Below, piece by piece: positions 61,798 to 64,000 of a stretch of 64,000 nucleotides of DNA. Source of the DNA: Bacteroidales bacterium (GTDB lineage Bacteria; Bacteroidota; Bacteroidia; Bacteroidales; P3). The notes under the pieces were generated by a model, which saw only the letters and a program-made list of their open reading frames with translations, ran no database searches and was not told the origin of the DNA. How positions within the stretch are numbered: position 1 is the stretch's first letter; the number at the start of each line of letters is the position of its first letter. Location of the stretch: the NCBI GenBank assembly GCA_017551765.1, contig JAFZKV010000019.1, positions 14,353 through 78,352 of the forward strand, given 5' to 3'. The translations under genes were made by a program, and so were the position numbers.

Positions 61798-63369
61798 TTA
61801 ACACTTCTCCTCCCAGAAATCGGCATGGGGAATATTCAGTTTCTTGGGGTCAAACTTGGGTTCCATGCCCAGTTTCTTCTGTCGCTCATAGTCGCGCAGG
61901 GCCCGCAGGGCCTTGGGCGAAAGCAGCAGGATGGCTATGATGTTGATCCAAGCCATAGCGCCCACGCCGATGTCGCCCAGCGTCCACACAAGGCCGCTGC
62001 CGATCAGCGAACCGATGAAGACGGCACTGATGGTGCCGATGCGCAGCAGCCAGACGACCACCTTCTCGCCGCGGTCGTCGCCGAACACTTCGTCCTCCTT
62101 CTCCAATTGTTCCAGCCGCTCGGGGTGCTTTTTGTAGATGCGGCGGCGCCAGCGGTTGAAGAGGTAGACGAGGTTGGTTTCGGCATAGTAGTAGTAGGCC
62201 ATGATGGTGGTGAAGGCAAAGAAGAAGAGGGCTATGGAGATGACCATGTCGCCGGCACGGGGGCCGACGACGGTGCCCAAGGCGCCGGTGGTGTAGAAGA
62301 CCCCTGGCTCGCCTTCGGGTGCCAAGGGGTTCTGCTGCAGGTAGGTGACCACCGCGCCGCCGGTGGTTTGCTGCACGGTGTCGATGATGTTGTAGGTTTT
62401 GCAGGCCAAAATCATCATGGCGGTGGCGGTACACACCAGCAGGGTGTCGATATAGACCGAGAAAGCCTGCACAAGGCCCTGCTTGACGGGGTGGCTCACC
62501 TTGGCGGCGGCCGCCACAATGGGGCCTGTGCCCTGGCCGGCTTCGTTGCTGTAGATGCCGCGCTTCACGCCCCAGGCAATGGTGCTGCCCAGCAGGGCGC
62601 CACCCACCTCGTTGATGCCTACGGCTCCGCGCAGCATCTGCATGAAGACGTCGGGGACAATCTGGTAGTGGACGGCAAGCACCACGAGGGAAAGGATGAT
62701 ATAGATGAGCGCCATCACGGGAGCCACCACCTGCGCCACGTTGGCTATGCGCTTCACGCCGCCGATGATGACCAGCGCGATGAGCAAGGCCACCACTGCA
62801 CCGATGACCCATACCGGCACGCCGAAGCTGCGCGAACAGCTCAGCGCGATGCCGTTGCACTGCACCGGAGGCAGGAAGATGCCGCAGGCCACCGCCGCCA
62901 ACACGGCGAACAGTCCACCAAAGAAGGGCGAGCGCAGACCCTGCTCGATGTAGTAGGCCGGGCCGCCACGGAACTGCCCGTTGTGGTTCTCCTTGTATAT
63001 CTGTGCCAGCGTGGCCTCCACAAAGGCGCTGCCGGCTCCGAAGAAGGCAATGATCCACATCCACACGATGGCTCCCGGGCCGCCGAAGCCGATGGCGGTG
63101 GCCACACCCACGATGTTACCCGTGCCCACACGGCCCGACAAGGCCATTGCAAACGCCTGGAACGAGGAGATGCCCGTAGCCTTCTTGTCCTTTCCCGCGC
63201 TGCCGAAAAGCAGCCGGAACATCTCGCCGAAACGCCTCACCTGCACGAACCTTGTCCGCAAGGAAAAATAGAGTCCCGCCAGCAGGCACAAAGCCACCAA
63301 TGCAGGGCTCCACACCCAGCTGTTCAATGTCAAGATAGCATCAGTAAGCCAACTCCCGATAGTATCCAT
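61798..63369 (-). CDS. alanine/glycine:cation symporter (AGCS) family transporter
   Basis: 523 aa from ATG 63369. FQAFAMALSGRVGTGNIVGVATAI is the AGCS signature. Confidence 0.9.
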   Translation of the reverse strand: MDTIGSWLTDAILTLNSWVWSPALVALCLLAGLYFSLRTRFVQVRRFGEMFRLLFGSAGKDKKATGISSFQAFAMALSGRVGTGNIVGVATAIGFGGPGAIVWMWIIAFFGAGSAFVEATLAQIYKENHNGQFRGGPAYYIEQGLRSPFFGGLFAVLAAVACGIFLPPVQCNGIALSCSRSFGVPVWVIGAVVALLIALVIIGGVKRIANVAQVVAPVMALIYIILSLVVLAVHYQIVPDVFMQMLRGAVGINEVGGALLGSTIAWGVKRGIYSNEAGQGTGPIVAAAAKVSHPVKQGLVQAFSVYIDTLLVCTATAMMILACKTYNIIDTVQQTTGGAVVTYLQQNPLAPEGEPGVFYTTGALGTVVGPRAGDMVISIALFFFAFTTIMAYYYYAETNLVYLFNRWRRRIYKKHPERLEQLEKEDEVFGDDRGEKVVVWLLRIGTISAVFIGSLIGSGLVWTLGDIGVGAMAWINIIAILLLSPKALRALRDYERQKKLGMEPKFDPKKLNIPHADFWEEKC

Positions 63370-63388
63370 GATAGTCAGTTTTGAAATG

Positions 63389-63420
63389 CAAAAATACAAA
63401 TATTTGGCGAGGTGACAAAA
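63389..63420 (-). promoter_or_regulatory. promoter (-7 TAttTTTG on minus strand) for the AGCS gene
   Basis: Plus-strand caaaaata at 63389-63396. Confidence 0.45.
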
Positions 63421-63434
63421 TATTTGTATCTTTG
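63403..63434 (+). promoter_or_regulatory. promoter (TTTG / TAtcTTTG) for bcp
   Basis: tttg 63403-63406 and tatctttg 63427-63434. Confidence 0.5.
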
Positions 63435-63488
63435 CACCCGAAAAAATAACGCAATAACGCAATACCACAATCACACAATACATAGGAT

Positions 63489-63932
63489 ATGTTACAGAAA
63501 GGGACCAAAGCCCCTTGGTTCGAGGGGACGATTGAGACGGGTGAGACGGTGAGCCTCGCCGACTATAAGGGCAAGAAACTTGTTTTGTATTTCTACCCCA
63601 AGGACAGCACGCCTGGCTGCACCGCCGAGGCCTGCGACCTGAGGGACAATTACGAGCGCTTTCTCGCGCTGGACTACAATGTCCTGGGCGTCAGCAAGGA
63701 CAGCGCCGCCAGCCATCAGAAGTTTATCGAGAAATACCAGCTGCCGTTCCACCTCATTGCCGACACCGACCTTACCATCCTGAAGGCCTACGAGGCTTGG
63801 GGCGAGAAGAAGAACTACGGAAAGGTGAGCATGGGCACCTTGCGTACCACCTACGTCATTGACGAGCAGGGCATCATCATCGATGCCATCGGCAAGGTGG
63901 ACACCAAGAATCACACGGCGCAGATAATTTGA
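63489..63932 (+). CDS. bcp: thioredoxin-dependent thiol peroxidase (peroxiredoxin Bcp)
   Basis: YFYPKDSTPGCTAEAC active-site motif. 147 aa. Confidence 0.9.
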   Translation: MLQKGTKAPWFEGTIETGETVSLADYKGKKLVLYFYPKDSTPGCTAEACDLRDNYERFLALDYNVLGVSKDSAASHQKFIEKYQLPFHLIADTDLTILKAYEAWGEKKNYGKVSMGTLRTTYVIDEQGIIIDAIGKVDTKNHTAQII

Positions 63933-63933
63933 G

Positions 63934-64000
63934 ATGGAGCGCGAGAAAGAAATATTCAAGGTGACGCTGGTGGGCAGCGCGGCCAATGTGCTGCTCACAG
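63934..64000 (+). CDS. 5' fragment, possibly a cation diffusion facilitator family transporter
   Basis: MEREKEIFKVTLVGSAANVLLT resembles CDF N-termini. Only 22 codons fall in the window. Confidence 0.4.
   Translation, partial: MEREKEIFKVTLVGSAANVLLT

Overview
This is a 64-kb chromosomal window from a GC-rich Bacteroidota genome. I infer it is Prevotellaceae-like from TAnnTTTG -7 promoter boxes, G-poor leaders without Shine-Dalgarno sites, T9SS C-terminal sorting domains and a Na+-pumping methylmalonyl-CoA decarboxylase operon. I call 67 protein-coding features: two are cut by the window edges, one is a duplicated gene remnant, and dnaX is listed as two parts. There is one tRNA(CAT). I found no rRNA, CRISPR array, integrase or transposase. 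The backbone is housekeeping: comB-like/PAP2/SulP, yebC, corA, aguB-aguA, S41 protease, pruA, ABC-F ATPase, gltD-like oxidoreductase, M20 dipeptidase, mce-mmdA...mmdB, dnaX-dapF-ligA, ruvX-def, ilvE, gcvH, rho, serC-serA, mntP, exbB-exbD, polyprenyl synthase, M14 peptidase, two ECF sigma modules, an AGCS symporter and bcp. The observations most worth a second look are these. (1) dnaX carries a single in-frame TAG exactly at the gamma/tau boundary, followed by a palindromic repeat tract. (2) Several families of short word-like, hairpin-forming repeats fill almost every intergenic spacer and also sit in frame inside coding genes (dapF, dnaX, ABC-F, a T9SS signal peptide, the M14 sorting domain), much like Rickettsia palindromic elements. 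(3) An AbiEi/AbiEii toxin-antitoxin module is flanked by a 79-bp direct repeat that duplicates the 3' end of the ABC-F gene, next to an AT-rich two-gene module of unknown function. (4) A lipoprotein with 22 cysteines in 128 residues lies inside the mmd operon. (5) An uncharacterised DUF3990 plus 2x DUF3791 cassette has ADP-ribosyltransferase-like motifs. (6) Two AT-rich four-helix-bundle (23S-IVS/Avd-like) genes are each nested between inverted repeat arms. (7) A divergent PPDK-like protein lacks the PEP/pyruvate domain. All functional calls come from motifs I recognised by eye. No database search was run.
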